A stretch of 64,000 bases of DNA from Marsupella aquatica. Lineage: Eukaryota; Plantae; Marchantiophyta. Within the stretch, counting starts at the first letter, position 1; every line of letters starts with the position of its first letter. Location of the stretch: positions 9,301,839-9,365,838 of the forward strand of contig OZ316893.1 of assembly GCA_973895155.1 (NCBI GenBank), written 5' to 3'. This document shows positions 38,213 through 50,200 of the stretch, piece after piece. Both the position numbers and the translations under genes were made by a program. The notes below the pieces were generated by a model that saw only the letters and a program-made list of their open reading frames with translations, did not search any database and had not been told where the DNA came from.

Positions 38213-41200
38213 TCAACGAGGACAACGAGAGGTCAGAGGACCAGAGATATACTTCTCTGCATAGTATAGACGATTTTTCTTTTTTTCTGAGTCTGAACAA
38301 AGAGCCACCGAACGAAGATGCTGAACGACAGATGATGCGGCCAGAAAGGGGGAGAAGACTACAGTTTGGCTTTGAAACAACCGAGAGTTTCTATTTTTCC
38401 ATAGGAGCCACACGGTTTCATAGATAACAAAAATACGACCAGATAGCCGTGGGGTACGACCAAGGGCAAGGTCCAATGTGCTTGTGAAAGAATGTCCCCC
38501 TGGAAGAAGGGAGAGAGACGGCACCCGCTCATAGAACCAGGCAGTCCGGTTCCAAGCACAAATAGCTTGCCTGCAGGAGAAGAAAATATGAGGATTATCC
38601 TCCACCCGATCCGGGCAGGATGGACACATCCCATCTCCATGTCCACACTGCTTAGCTCGTTTTCCTGAAAATAATCCTGCAGCCAGGACCCGCCATAAAA
38701 AGATTTTACCACGATTAGACAGATCTGATCGCCAGATCCTCCTCCACCTGCGCCCCCAATCTCCTGCGGAGTCTGATGTCCCCCATCGATTGTTAAGAGA
38801 GCCGATGTCTCCCCCAGCCTGGTGTAGGAAATTATAAGCTTGCATGCTGCTGAGGAAATGAGGTCTGCGATGATTTTGAAGGCCACACCAGAACCATTGG
38901 GATCCGGCGAAGGAAGAAGAAATGGAAGGTGGAGGGCCGCTATGAATAGACAAAATGATCCTAGATAGAGTGTCTAACTCTATGACCCCAAACCCCCGCA
39001 GCCTGGAGAGACGAGGCAAAAAGTCCACCCAACAGCCCGGATCCTGCATCCAGAGGTCAGAGACATACCGAATATTTAGACGATAACAGGCGATGATAAT
39101 CCTAGGAACCAAAGAGATAGGAAAGTCTGAGGAGGTGAAAAATTTAGGAAGAAAGTCCTCGATCCTCCATCTTGCTGGAATGGCTTGTGAGCCAGACTGC
39201 CAGTGCAAGTTGATCCTGATCTTATTCCATGCCCTCCATATACCTGCCGTGTATACCATACCTCGAAAGCTGGACGGGGAGGAGAATAGGAACCGATCCA
39301 TGGTGGTGTACCCTGCTTGGCGAAGCAACACCGTCTTTTTCCATGCTGCCAGGCGGAGATTGGCCGAGAATAATATCGCCCAGTCTGAATCCTGGTCTGA
39401 TATCATCCGAATGGCCCATCTGGCCAGCAATGCCGTGGCCTGAAGATTTATGTCCTTGAACCCGAGGCCCCCATTTTGTTTACTGGCGCACATCCGGTCC
39501 CAGGAAACCAATGGTGTTTTCCTGGCTCTCTCTTTGTTATAACCCCATAGAAAATTCTTACACGTCCGTTGAATCATGTCTGTAAAACTCACTGCGAAGG
39601 TAGTATACATCATATGGAATACTGTCATGGATAACAAGACCTGTTTTACCAACAGGACACGACCCGTGAATGAGAAGCTTTTGTTCGACCAAGAAGCGAG
39701 TCTTTTGTTCAATTTTTTCAGGCAATATTCATGTAGTTGGGTCTTGGATAGATATTGTCCAATCGGGGCACCCAAGTAGCTGGATATATGGCCCATAGGA
39801 ACGATTACACATTTGGTATCTAATAACCATTGCGGAGGAGTGTCTATGCATAAAATGAGGACCTCGGTCTTCTCCAGATTTAGGCGTGCCCCTGCTGCAT
39901 GCTCATATAAGTCCATCGTTCCACATATATCCAAGAAGCTAGATTCCTTAGCAGGGGTGATAACTCCTAGATCGTCTGCAAAGAATCTATGAAACAAAGT
40001 GAGTTTGTTATTTATTTTAATGCCCTGCAGTTCATTAGCCTGTAGGGCTGCGTCAAAGACGTCCATGAGAGGCTGTGTCGATAATGCATAGATGAGAGGG
40101 GCGAGGGGACATCCTTGACGGACTCCCCGCATGAGAGGAATGGGTTCCGTGAATAACCCATTGACATGAACCTTAGCAGTTGCTTGCATCATTAGACCCA
40201 TGATATTCCTAGTAAGCGATTGGCTCAGGCCTAATGTGCTGAGAGTCTCCCTGATGTAACGGTGGTCTACGCGGTCAAATGCTTTTGAAAAATCCATTTT
40301 TATGAATAGAGCAGGCACGTTATTTGTTGAGATCCAGTCTATCGCCAACCATGCCAAAGAAACGTTATCAAGAATCTGACGCCCAGGAACAAACCCTGTT
40401 TGTTGAGGGTTTACCATCTTTGGCAGAACTCTCCCGAGCCTGATAGCAACCAGCTTTGCTATGATTTTATATGCTATATTCAAAAGAGTGATTGGCCTCC
40501 AATCCGTCAATCTTGTTTTATCAGTTGATTTTGGGACCAGCTTTATTACTCCCTCTATAAATCCTGGTAGCATGATACCGTCTGCCCAAAAAGATAAGAT
40601 CATGCCGGTAAAGGCTGGCGCAATGAATCCCCAACACCCCAAAAAGACCTCTATTGTAAGGCCGTCTAGGCCTGGGGCTTTATTTTTCTTCATCTTTTTG
40701 GCTGCTGAAAAGAGTTCATCCATAGAAGGGGCAGCGTCTAACTGATTGGATTCTGCTTGAGAGATTCGTTTGGAGGAGAACCGAAGCATTTTCCTTCTAG
40801 CTTGTACATTGAGCTGAGTTTCCGGGGCATCCGGGGAATAGAGTGAACGGTAGAAGTTTCCAACTTCTATGAGGACCAGATCCTTGTCGTGAGATAATGT
40901 GCCATCCGAGAGACGAAGGCAAGGAATCCTGGCTCGCTGCTGTTGGATCCTAACAATATTAAAAAAGAATTTAGTAGAGGCATCCCCGAGCCCCAGCCAC
41001 CGAATCCTTGATTTCTTACGAAGCTCAATAGCCTCTCGGAACTCAGAATCTCTAAGAGCAACCTCCGCCTCTCGCAACTCAGTGAGGTTGTTTCCAGTTA
41101 GGCAGCCACCAGCGAAGGAGCGCAGCGATAATATTTTTGCGCGAAGATCCTCTATTGTTATTTGTTTACTTGTTTTTTTAGATTGAATTTCCATGAATTC

Positions 41201-42115
41201 ACGACGGAACCGCTTGCAAGCTAGATAGAAAGCTATCTTTGGATCTGTAGTGTCTGATGAGTGATTATACCATGCACGTTCCAGTAGATCCATATTGTAT
41301 GCGCTTCTGATGACCCATGAGTTGGCTTTGAAATATGAGGACCTGTGAGCCGAGTGATTTGCATCCATTTGAGGCGTTATAATACATGAGAGAGAGACTG
41401 GGCAATGGTCGGACATGGGGCGATCATGATGGTGGGAAATGGATATAACCTGATCCAACCATGATCCACGATTACTCAAATAGAACCTGTCAAGCCGGGA
41501 TTGGAATACCCCAAGAAGAGTGTCTCTCCTCCACGTGTAGCGGGAGCCATAGACGGAGCGAGCAAGTTTATAGGTGTCGTGAAGGTCAAAACGACACCTA
41601 AACTCACACCAGGCTACTAATTCAGCACCGGAGAGCAAAGAAGAGTGGCCAGCAACTGAGTCTATTTCTTTTTCTGTCATGTTAAAATCTCCAGAAATAA
41701 CCCAGTTCCCGACCAGAAGAGTGAGCAATAAGGATTCCCAAAGCTGGGTTCTTACAGCAGAGACGTTAGAAGCATATAGACCCACTATACCAAAACAACC
41801 TTTATCGCTTTCAATAGTGGCCCATATGGCACTACTAACTGGTGAGATGCCAAAATTTGTGACCTGGAAGGAAGGGTGGATTAGCATAGCAGCCCCTCCC
41901 CTCCCACCAACCGGGTGAGCGATAAGAGTTTTATATCCAGGAAGAATAAGGGAAAGAGCAGAGATGAGACTGAAATCGTTAGCTTTTATTTCGAGAAGAG
42001 TTAGAATGTGTATAGAGTTACGCATATCTTTAATCCATTTTCGTACTATATATTTTCTATTTGGATCACAGAGGCCGGAGACATTCCATATCGCGATGTT
42101 CAAGAGATCATCCAT
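38213..42115 (-). CDS. LINE ORF2p: AP endonuclease, reverse transcriptase and C-terminal zinc finger (1300 aa)
   Basis: EN motifs IWNVSGL, GDFN, SRLDRFY, SDHCP; RT motifs KAPGLDG, WRPITLLN, DFSKAFDRV, GVRQGCPLAP, FADD, YLG; zinc finger CPSC..HIFFSC. Uninterrupted. Confidence 0.97.
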   Translation of the reverse strand: MDDLLNIAIWNVSGLCDPNRKYIVRKWIKDMRNSIHILTLLEIKANDFSLISALSLILPGYKTLIAHPVGGRGGAAMLIHPSFQVTNFGISPVSSAIWATIESDKGCFGIVGLYASNVSAVRTQLWESLLLTLLVGNWVISGDFNMTEKEIDSVAGHSSLLSGAELVAWCEFRCRFDLHDTYKLARSVYGSRYTWRRDTLLGVFQSRLDRFYLSNRGSWLDQVISISHHHDRPMSDHCPVSLSCIITPQMDANHSAHRSSYFKANSWVIRSAYNMDLLERAWYNHSSDTTDPKIAFYLACKRFRREFMEIQSKKTSKQITIEDLRAKILSLRSFAGGCLTGNNLTELREAEVALRDSEFREAIELRKKSRIRWLGLGDASTKFFFNIVRIQQQRARIPCLRLSDGTLSHDKDLVLIEVGNFYRSLYSPDAPETQLNVQARRKMLRFSSKRISQAESNQLDAAPSMDELFSAAKKMKKNKAPGLDGLTIEVFLGCWGFIAPAFTGMILSFWADGIMLPGFIEGVIKLVPKSTDKTRLTDWRPITLLNIAYKIIAKLVAIRLGRVLPKMVNPQQTGFVPGRQILDNVSLAWLAIDWISTNNVPALFIKMDFSKAFDRVDHRYIRETLSTLGLSQSLTRNIMGLMMQATAKVHVNGLFTEPIPLMRGVRQGCPLAPLIYALSTQPLMDVFDAALQANELQGIKINNKLTLFHRFFADDLGVITPAKESSFLDICGTMDLYEHAAGARLNLEKTEVLILCIDTPPQWLLDTKCVIVPMGHISSYLGAPIGQYLSKTQLHEYCLKKLNKRLASWSNKSFSFTGRVLLVKQVLLSMTVFHMMYTTFAVSFTDMIQRTCKNFLWGYNKERARKTPLVSWDRMCASKQNGGLGFKDINLQATALLARWAIRMISDQDSDWAILFSANLRLAAWKKTVLLRQAGYTTMDRFLFSSPSSFRGMVYTAGIWRAWNKIRINLHWQSGSQAIPARWRIEDFLPKFFTSSDFPISLVPRIIIACYRLNIRYVSDLWMQDPGCWVDFLPRLSRLRGFGVIELDTLSRIILSIHSGPPPSISSSFAGSQWFWCGLQNHRRPHFLSSMQAYNFLHQAGGDIGSLNNRWGTSDSAGDWGRRWRRIWRSDLSNRGKIFLWRVLAAGLFSGKRAKQCGHGDGMCPSCPDRVEDNPHIFFSCRQAICAWNRTAWFYERVPSLSLLPGGHSFTSTLDLALGRTPRLSGRIFVIYETVWLLWKNRNSRLFQSQTVVFSPFLAASSVVQHLRSVALCSDSEKKKNRLYYAEKYISGPLTSRCPR

Positions 42116-42153
42116 AATTCAAGCACTTAAAAACAGTAGGGAGCAGTATTACC

Positions 42154-42851
42154 TCAACCTACTTCCTGATTATTTGTTGTTGTGTCGGATATGGTTTCGT
42201 ACTCCGAGCTTGAAGAGTTGCTGTCTCGCCCCGTTTCTTCTTCCATTGACGTAGACTCGTTATTGGAGGTGTAGCCCCCTGAAGAATCCCCCAGGATCTG
42301 ATTGTAGAGAAGCGTTGTGTAAGCTGTTGCTGATGATCTTATAACTGCTGAGGAGAACATTGGGCCGAGATGCTGTTTCTTCTTGATGATTTTATTCCTT
42401 GATGGCCGTGCTAGACGGTGGTGCAACCTTCCGGTTTGTGTAGTTTCTGAGGAGGGTGACGCTATATTCGAACTCCTCCGAGTGAGGGTGTTCACACCAA
42501 CCGCAGGAAGGACTACATCTGTGGAGCGCGAGATCCTAGCTCCTACGTCTGCTTCAGGTTCCATTCTTGATGATATGTTGTATGGCTGCCACGGAGCAAA
42601 TGCATCTGAAGAGGTGCAGCCTGGTATCAAAAAGGATGGGTGATTGGTGTCCTGATTCTCTGTGACAAGGGTCTGCCACTGGTAGAGAGGACCTGCTCCG
42701 TTGTTGTGCATCATTGCTTCTCCTGTCAACAATTCCATCCCCTGGGACTGTGGATACATCAAGACATCAGAATAATGAGCCTGATGAGGCTTGATTCGAC
42801 CTATACCCCTATTATCATGGAAGATCTGGTATGGAATCTTGACTGCATACC
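42154..42851 (-). pseudogene. C-terminal remnant of LINE ORF1
   Basis: Open frame from the 5' truncation point to a stop 38 nt before the ORF2 ATG; S/T-rich, low complexity, no domain recognised. Assignment is positional. Confidence 0.6.
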
Positions 42852-44544
42852 ATGGTTCCATGATTGGAAGTAAGTCGGTCAGCTTGCAGTCTGGCTTGCA
42901 TGGAAAGTCTAATGTGCACCTAGATATTTGCATGTTAGGAGCAGGCCTCCTTTTATAGTGACACCAATGGGGTCATACAAATTAGAATGAATTCAAAAAT
43001 TGTGCTTCATCACACAGAGGCATCCTGAAATGTGTGAACATACACCCTCATGTCTTTGCCTTTGGTGCACCACATGCACGCAACCCACATTAAATGGTGA
43101 GACTCAATCTGCAGAAAAAATGAGTTTCCCACAAATGCTCATCTAGAATTGTGATGATTCTGTAACCCCTCACTTTTCAATAAAGATCAGCCGCCCCCCC
43201 TCAGTTTTCAATTGAGATCAGGCCCCACACTCTGCACTTTAATTTCTCTTTCAAGCAAGACCATTTGCCAAGATTTTGACCCCCTATTTGTTGAGCAAAT
43301 GATCACACTACACAAAGACATTATGCACATGAGTAATATCAAATACAAATACAAGAGATATGTGATTCATCTCTGAGAGGTTACATTCACATGGAGACAC
43401 AAGAGAACCTTAAATACTAAACTCTAAGGCAGTTGGGCATGCGGAGTCTCAATACATTTAGCTCTCCCTATTTCCTAGATGGCTCCATAACAATGAACAT
43501 AATTAAGTTCCACCTCATTATCTAAGTTCTTCTAGGGAATATATAGTAGTGATACATCTAACCTTAACCAAGTATTTTACTATTGTTAGACTGTCACATA
43601 GACTTAACCCTACACCCAAGAGTAAGTTCTAACACTACCTTCATGTTTGCCAAGCGGGCTAGTGTTTCTACAGTGTAGTGGTACACATTTGCCATGTTAC
43701 CCTCTAAGCTGCAAGAACAAGGGCAGTGGGAGGGCAAGGGGACAAATGAAAACTAACCAAAACCCCATGCAACTAGGGCCAGGCATTAGGGCTTGGAAAC
43801 CCTGGTTTGTTACTGCACAAAGGAAACCCTTTTCTGAGAGTAGGGTAAGAGGATACTGGTTGTAGTTGTTTATTGAACCGCCACTCCATTTTTCAGAACG
43901 TGACATTCAGCATATCTAGGCAGTAACCCAACCTACACACTGTAAATATGAAATCTTGCTCGTACTTTCTCATGGTCTCTTTACAAAATGCGATGCACCT
44001 TTTCCATGCCAAAACCATCATTTCCCTTTGTTTAGAAATATTTTACCTCTTTCCATTTTTCCAGGAGGTGGGGAGATAATTTTTGAGGGGTTTGTTGTCA
44101 TTTTGTTTTATTAGTAGGCATATTTGTTTTTTGGTTGTTGTGCTGTGATTTTTTTCCTGTCTAGAGACAGTAATTTTCTTAAGTTGCCTCATAAAAAACT
44201 TTAAGTTACCAATAGATAACTAGGTAAGAAAATAAATAAAATAGCCTAATCAAGTTCTAATATGACTTTTGTGCATGCATGGATGGGATAGGAGAGAGAC
44301 ATCTTTTACACAATTTCATCCATGTTTAAATACATTTTTGTGCAATGTCATCTTTTATGTTTTGAAAGTACTATGCACATGTATTGAGCTACTCGAGGAC
44401 TCTTATCAAAGACGAAAAGTGACTATTTTGTCCAACTTCTGGAACAAGGGCTACTGTAGCTTTGTTAAAGGAGGAGTCTACCCCTTCGAACTTTAGCACA
44501 AGCAGAGTCCAATAGGATAATTCTTTCCTCTTCGGGAAAGCTTC

Positions 44545-44900
44545 GCCACGTCAGCGCCATCGGGTCATCCTCGTCAATCTCGATGGGTTTGGCATTTCAG
44601 GCAGACGGGCAAAATGCTTCCTCTTGTCCTCTCTGCTCCGGCGTGTGCCCTTGTACTTGCTGGTGCTCCTCTCGCCCGGAAAAGGATGCCCGTTCCCGTT
44701 CCCGGCGGCCCCGCTTCCAATCGCATGACAGTGCTGCTGTCTCTCTTGTCTCCTCCACCTCGTCGCTTTGGTTCGCTGCATGTCTTTGTGAGTGTCCAAT
44801 CTACTCTCTCTGCGCATTGTTCCATTGGACCTTCCAAGGTCTGGCTGGCTATGGCGAAGTGTGGCTACTAACTGGCTCCAGGTTTCTCGTTCCTCACGTG
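44545..44900 (+). promoter_or_regulatory. Candidate ACGT-core (bZIP/bHLH) elements upstream of the COL gene
   Basis: GCCACGTCA at 44545 (at the AT-rich to GC-rich transition) and CACGTG at 44895. Short motifs; function unproven. Confidence 0.3.
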
Positions 44901-45693
44901 GTCGCGTGTTCTGTTCGGGTTCGTCGTTGATCATGCGTGGTTTCGTAGCTTGATCGATTGATTTGGCATGCCCGCTGCACTCGCCGGTGTTTCTTCCCCT
45001 CTTTCGTCTGTAGGTTGTGGAGTTTCCACTGGAGGTGGTTGGATGATGGGACGGAACGTTGGTGTTGTTGGAGGAGAAAGAAGTCGAGCGTCTGGAGCCT
45101 CGTTGGTTGACGATATTTGTGGGAGTCGCAGGTGACGGACTGTGGATGTTGGCTGATACAGCTTGCTGGTGACCGGAGGATCTGACGCTCTAGTATAGCA
45201 AGAGAGGCGGGCACCGGGAAGATTGATTCCCAGGCGCGGATCCATGAGCTGGTGTCGTTGGCCTCGGAGCAGCACGGCTGTGTCTGTGTCTTCGTTCGAC
45301 ATCGAGGAGGTGAGTGGAAGCATCGGTTGATTTGAGGAATTTGTTAGCATTGCTGCTTGTGCTGTTCTAGCAAGCAGTTCTGGATCCGAGCAGCAGGGGA
45401 AAGAGTGGCGGACGACGACGACGGTAGGCTAATAAACTTTCTGGTCGAGCTCGGTTGTTTTATTTTAGTTTCGGAAGGATTGATTGGACGTTTTCAAGAG
45501 ATCTCTGAAGTCATATAGTAGAGGACTTAGTAATAGCGGAGGATTCACTATTCGGGCAACAGCCTAGTGGACAGGGGTAAAGGACGTTGCAGAGATCGGA
45601 AGGTTGTTGGTGGAGGGAAGGACGTAGCGAGGAAAGGACGCGGAGAGGAGTTAAGCTACCCGAGGGGCAAAAATCAGGGAACAGGTACAGAGT

Positions 45694-47297
45694 ATGCCGA
45701 AGCCGTGTGATGCATGCCAGTCATCGAGCGCGGTTCTCTATTGCCGGGCCGACGCTGCATATCTTTGCTCTGGGTGCGATACAAAAGTCCATAGTGCCAA
45801 CAAACTAGCACAACGCCATGAACGCGTCTGGATGTGCGATGTCTGCGAGGTTTCTCCCGCCGTTGTCACATGCAAAGCGGATGCCGCAGCCCTCTGCGTG
45901 GCATGTGATACAGACATCCACTCCGCCAACCCCCTGGCGAGGCGCCATGAGCGGATGCCCGTCACGCCATTCTTCGAGTTTCCTGGCCACTTGATGAAAG
46001 TGGCGCATATTAGCAGCACCTACGACGTCGCTAACATTTCTACACCGCAGCACCATCGATCAAACGATCGGTCCAGCGATGAAGAGTGTCTCGATGTCGA
46101 CGAGCATTCTGTTGTTGAGGAGGCAGCCTCATGGCTGCTCCCGAATCCGAAGCCTCTGACGGAGCAGTTAGTCAGCGGGGAGGTGAAGACATCGCTTGGA
46201 CAGGGTGGAGAGCTGGGGTCGCTTGCCAATGATCATCAGGATAGCGGTGTTGATCCTTTCCTGGTACCGGTCGGAGGGTTCCCTTCCGGGTCGCCGCTTC
46301 GAGACAACGCGCTTCCGAAGATGAGCAAATCGTTCAAGGTCGAGATCAACAGTGGGGCTCTGTTCCCAGAGCTGGACCCGTACCTCGATCTGGACTACGC
46401 CACTGCCATCGGCGCTGATCCTGCCCCGCACAGTAACGAATGCCTGGTGCCTGTTCATCGCTCCGAGTCTCAGTCGACTCAAACAACATCGTCGTCTTTG
46501 TCAGCTGGATCAGGTTCATTCGATGGAGGAGTTTGTAAGAGCGGCTACAGTTATGGCTCGCATAGTGTAAGTCTTCGATCCCTCCTCGTTTTTGAGATCC
46601 TTGGAAGCACTTGATTAGTGCCTTGAAAGTTAAGTTGTATGTGGCTGTCTGCTGCTCTTCTTTAGTGCACATAGTTTCTTTGTTCTGTTCTCTTATCGTA
46701 AACAGCACACATAGTATGTGAAGCTTGATCAGCTTACAGAGCAGAAACAGCATGTATAGCAGATACAATACAGCATAGCATGGAGATTCTTGCCATAGTT
46801 AAGAGGCGAGAAGTACTGTGTCCCCTCTGTGCCGTGTTCGGTCTTGAGTATATTCTGTTTGTCCGAAAGTGAAGATTTAATTGTCGCGCATGCGCGTAGC
46901 AGACTCTGCACATCGCTGATCTGTTTTACCTCTTCAGCAGCTCTCTTCGTCATCGCTGGATGTCGGCATCGTACCGGATTCCAGCATGAGTGATATTTCG
47001 ACCTCATATGTGGACTCCCTATCTCAGGGTAGTTTCGACTTTCCGAGGATGATGCAAATGAACCAGGCGGAGCCCCCAATGGCTCGTGAAGCGCGAGTGA
47101 TGAGGTACAAGGAGAAGAGAAAGAACCGCAAGTTCGAGAAGACTATCCGGTATGCGTCTAGGAAGGCCTATGCCGAGAGTAGGCCTCGTATTAAGGGGCG
47201 GTTCGCCAAGAGGAATCCGTCGGAGATGAACGGGATGCCCGAGTCCTATCCGATTGTCCCAGATACAGAAAGGTTTGGGGTTGTGCCGGCGTTTTAA
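45694..47297 (+). CDS. COL: CONSTANS-like B-box protein (two B-boxes + CCT + VP motif); exons 45694-46566 and 46938/46941-47297
   Basis: [31 protein letters not shown]; second B-box [31 protein letters not shown]; EEAASWLL; donor AGT|GTAAGT at 46567; acceptor CAGCAG at 46935-46940; [12 protein letters not shown]; [43 protein letters not shown]; terminal GVVPAF. Confidence 0.97.
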
Positions 47298-50200
47298 ACG
47301 GATGCCCAGGAAGTGATGATGTTTCTCTTTTCTATTCCTCATTTGTAACTTTTGTAGCAGTCAGGGCCGACCTTAGCCAGTCGCGTGTCTCGGGCCTCTT
47401 TTAATCAATCTGTCACTGGAGCAGAGTTGTAGCCACTCTACTCCGACCTCAGCGGGCTTGAAGAGAAGTGATTATACTCTGATGTTAATATTGGCCGAGC
47501 TGTAGGCCGGGCCGCCGAGAAAGTTGTGATTTGGACCGAGAGCCAGCCTGACCCATCATAGACGGTGGTATCCAAGGGCCTCAAGTAGAAGGTTCCTTGC
47601 AAGATGGACTAGTTGGCAGGCAGGCAGGCAGAAAGTACAGGTATTCGATCGTTGGGAGTTTTGGTCACCGAACTGGTCTATTGATGGCGGTTGTGGACAC
47701 TGCGAGTACCGGCATCTGCCAGCCAGTTCGTGGAGCAGCATGGCAGTTTTTGTGAACATGTGGATTGCTGGATCTTTTGGGGACTGGCGTGATTGTGAAG
47801 ATCCTACTGAGAAATTCGCTAATGCACAGTTTATGAAGCCACGACTTAAGGCGTGCTCGTCTTCTTGCTATCTCTTTCCAATTTCTGCTGTATTGGACAA
47901 CAGTGGCTGGCCGGCTAGAGTTTGGCTAGGCCACCTTGTACGATATCTCGGTACCAGGTTGTCGGTACAGAAGATTTTTGGTCGACCTTGTTGAGGTAGA
48001 CTCGTACCGAATTCTGGCTTTTGGCTTTAGTCGGCGGCCATTGATTGAATACCTGGTCTGAAACATACTGAGTCGTGAATAACTCAGAAGACTTCCAAGA
48101 CGTTGTACATCTTCACATGATTAGTTAGTTCGTCTTCGAAACATTGCTTGTATGTTCCGTCCAAAGCACAGCAGTTTAATTCCCGTTGTGGACGCGGGTG
48201 AAAGACTAAACCAGATGTGTTGGATGTTAGTTGGGAAATGAGTGTGATTTCGGTTGTAACAGTACACAGGAAAATACTCCTTCCCCCATCGGATATATAA
48301 TTCGACGACAGTTCAAGATACTTTATATAATGCTCGTTGATGCCAGTCTTATTTTATGCATGGTAAGCTAAATGTCCCTCTGGGACTCTTATTTTATTCC
48401 CTTAGTGGTATTGGTCAGCGTGGAAGCACAACCTACCCTCTCTTGACGCAGCCGTTTTGTCAACTGAAACTTTTATTGAGGACTGCTATGAGCAGATGGA
48501 CAACACACCGAGCATGCAGCCTATTTCGTTCTCGTTCCCGACCCCGGAGTTCTGTATTTCCTTTTGATAGGAGGAGACGCCAGGAACCATCAATTCTCGT
48601 CTTTCATGAATCCCGAAGCATCACTTTGGCTTTGAAGCAGCTGCCTTTTATAGGCATTTGTCGATGTTCTATGGCTTTTTCCCTTCGTTTCTATATGTTG
48701 GTGGGGCGGAAATTAGGGCTTCCTCTACCCACATCTCGTTATGTGCCCTTACGGGTGCTCCTCCTGAGGGAGTGGATAATTCCGGGCTTACCATGTTACA
48801 TTAATAGCACCTTTGCTGAGTACTGTTTCATGAAGCTGATACCTGACCTATCATCCAAACCTGATTGATGGACGGTATGGAACAATCACGTTAAGTCCAA
48901 ATTCCCGTGAAGGGGTGTGTATAGTTGTTGTCGAGACTGTCGAAGCGACAGACCCAATTTGTTTTTCTGTCATGTTCATTTCATTGGATGACTTTGTTCT
49001 CCAATCTCCGTCAGTCCGTCAGGCACGAGAAAAGCGCCTTCACTGCCTTGCCCTTGGCGTGAGTGCCGGAGGTATCTTTAAAGCTGACATTGATGGATTT
49101 GACAGGCTGGTCTCATCAGGTTGATGCGAAAAACCTTTACAATATGCTCGGTGTGGTCTATGTCCGAAAAGTGCGCCTGAATTGTCTTTTCGGACCGCGC
49201 CGGACTGACTGGAAAAGTCTTTCATAGCCTTTAATAGTATTCCGCCATAGGGTCCACCGTCGGCACTCGGCAGATCGGGCTCATCTACAAATCTCGTGCC
49301 ATGGAAATCTTCGTTACCCAATCACAGCGCGAAATGGCATTTCGAGTTATCAATTCCTCTGCTGGTGGACCCTTCCTTGTCTTGCACTAATCGCTGCCGA
49401 GAGGACGCTCATCGATTGGAAAACGCGCCATCATCTCACAGCCTTCAGATCGGAAATGCTCTCTTTTAGGCTGCGTGGCTCAGGCTACCTACTCTACAAT
49501 ATTATCGACTCGACATCTGCGAAGCTACAATTCGCTCTTCTGGAAGAACTTCCGCCTATTGAGGGGGAGTTGCGTGCTCGTTGTCTCTCGTCACCTCTGC
49601 TCATCATGTCAACGGCGTCATGAACGCACGAGGCCGAGCCCGACTTCTCGAATATAGATTATATAAGCATTCTGTGGATAGGACGGAGAAAAAGCCGGAC
49701 TACCGAAAGTGCACTTTATGGGCCTGGCCGTGCCAAATATGGAATTGACATCTGCGAAGTGACGATTCGTTCTTCCTGAGGGAGAAGTTTCGTCTGAACG
49801 ATCCAGGGAGAGTGTATTAGGTAAGCCGTGTAAGGGCCTCGACGAATCATACCAAGTATTGAACTCCAATTGTCCCCCCTACGACATTAGCTGCCCACGA
49901 TTTGCCTGCAGGTTAGCGGTCGTCCCAAATAATTTTAGCCGATGATTATCCAGTAAATTAGCCCTCTTGCTAAACACGAATCTTACCCAATGTTTGAGTC
50001 CAATTCTCTGCCAGTATAACAGGAGCCGGTGATTTTGCAATAACTTACCCGTCGTCAATGAAAAATCTTACATTATGCCACTCCACTTCTCTCCTCCAGG
50101 TTGTGTACTTATTGATTTAAAAATAATAATTGAGATTTATCATGAGTACTTATTGATTTAAAGTGTCATATAAGATGTGTATTTATTGATTTAAAGAAAA

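Larger units (their letters stand above)
36623..42851 (-). mobile_element. L1-clade LINE, 5'-truncated within ORF1, ORF2 intact
   Basis: 14-bp TSD ATGGTTCCATGATT at 36609-36622 and 42852-42865; (A8T)n-like tail at about 36623-36663; AATAAA at 36690-36685. Confidence 0.93.

Noticed and set aside
38359-42873. Antisense and alternate-frame ORFs over the LINE
   Set aside because: Shadow ORFs of the long ORF2 and ORF1 frames.
48356-49870. 170-aa and 93-aa ORFs downstream of COL
   Set aside because: No domain similarity or supporting splice structure; probably non-coding.
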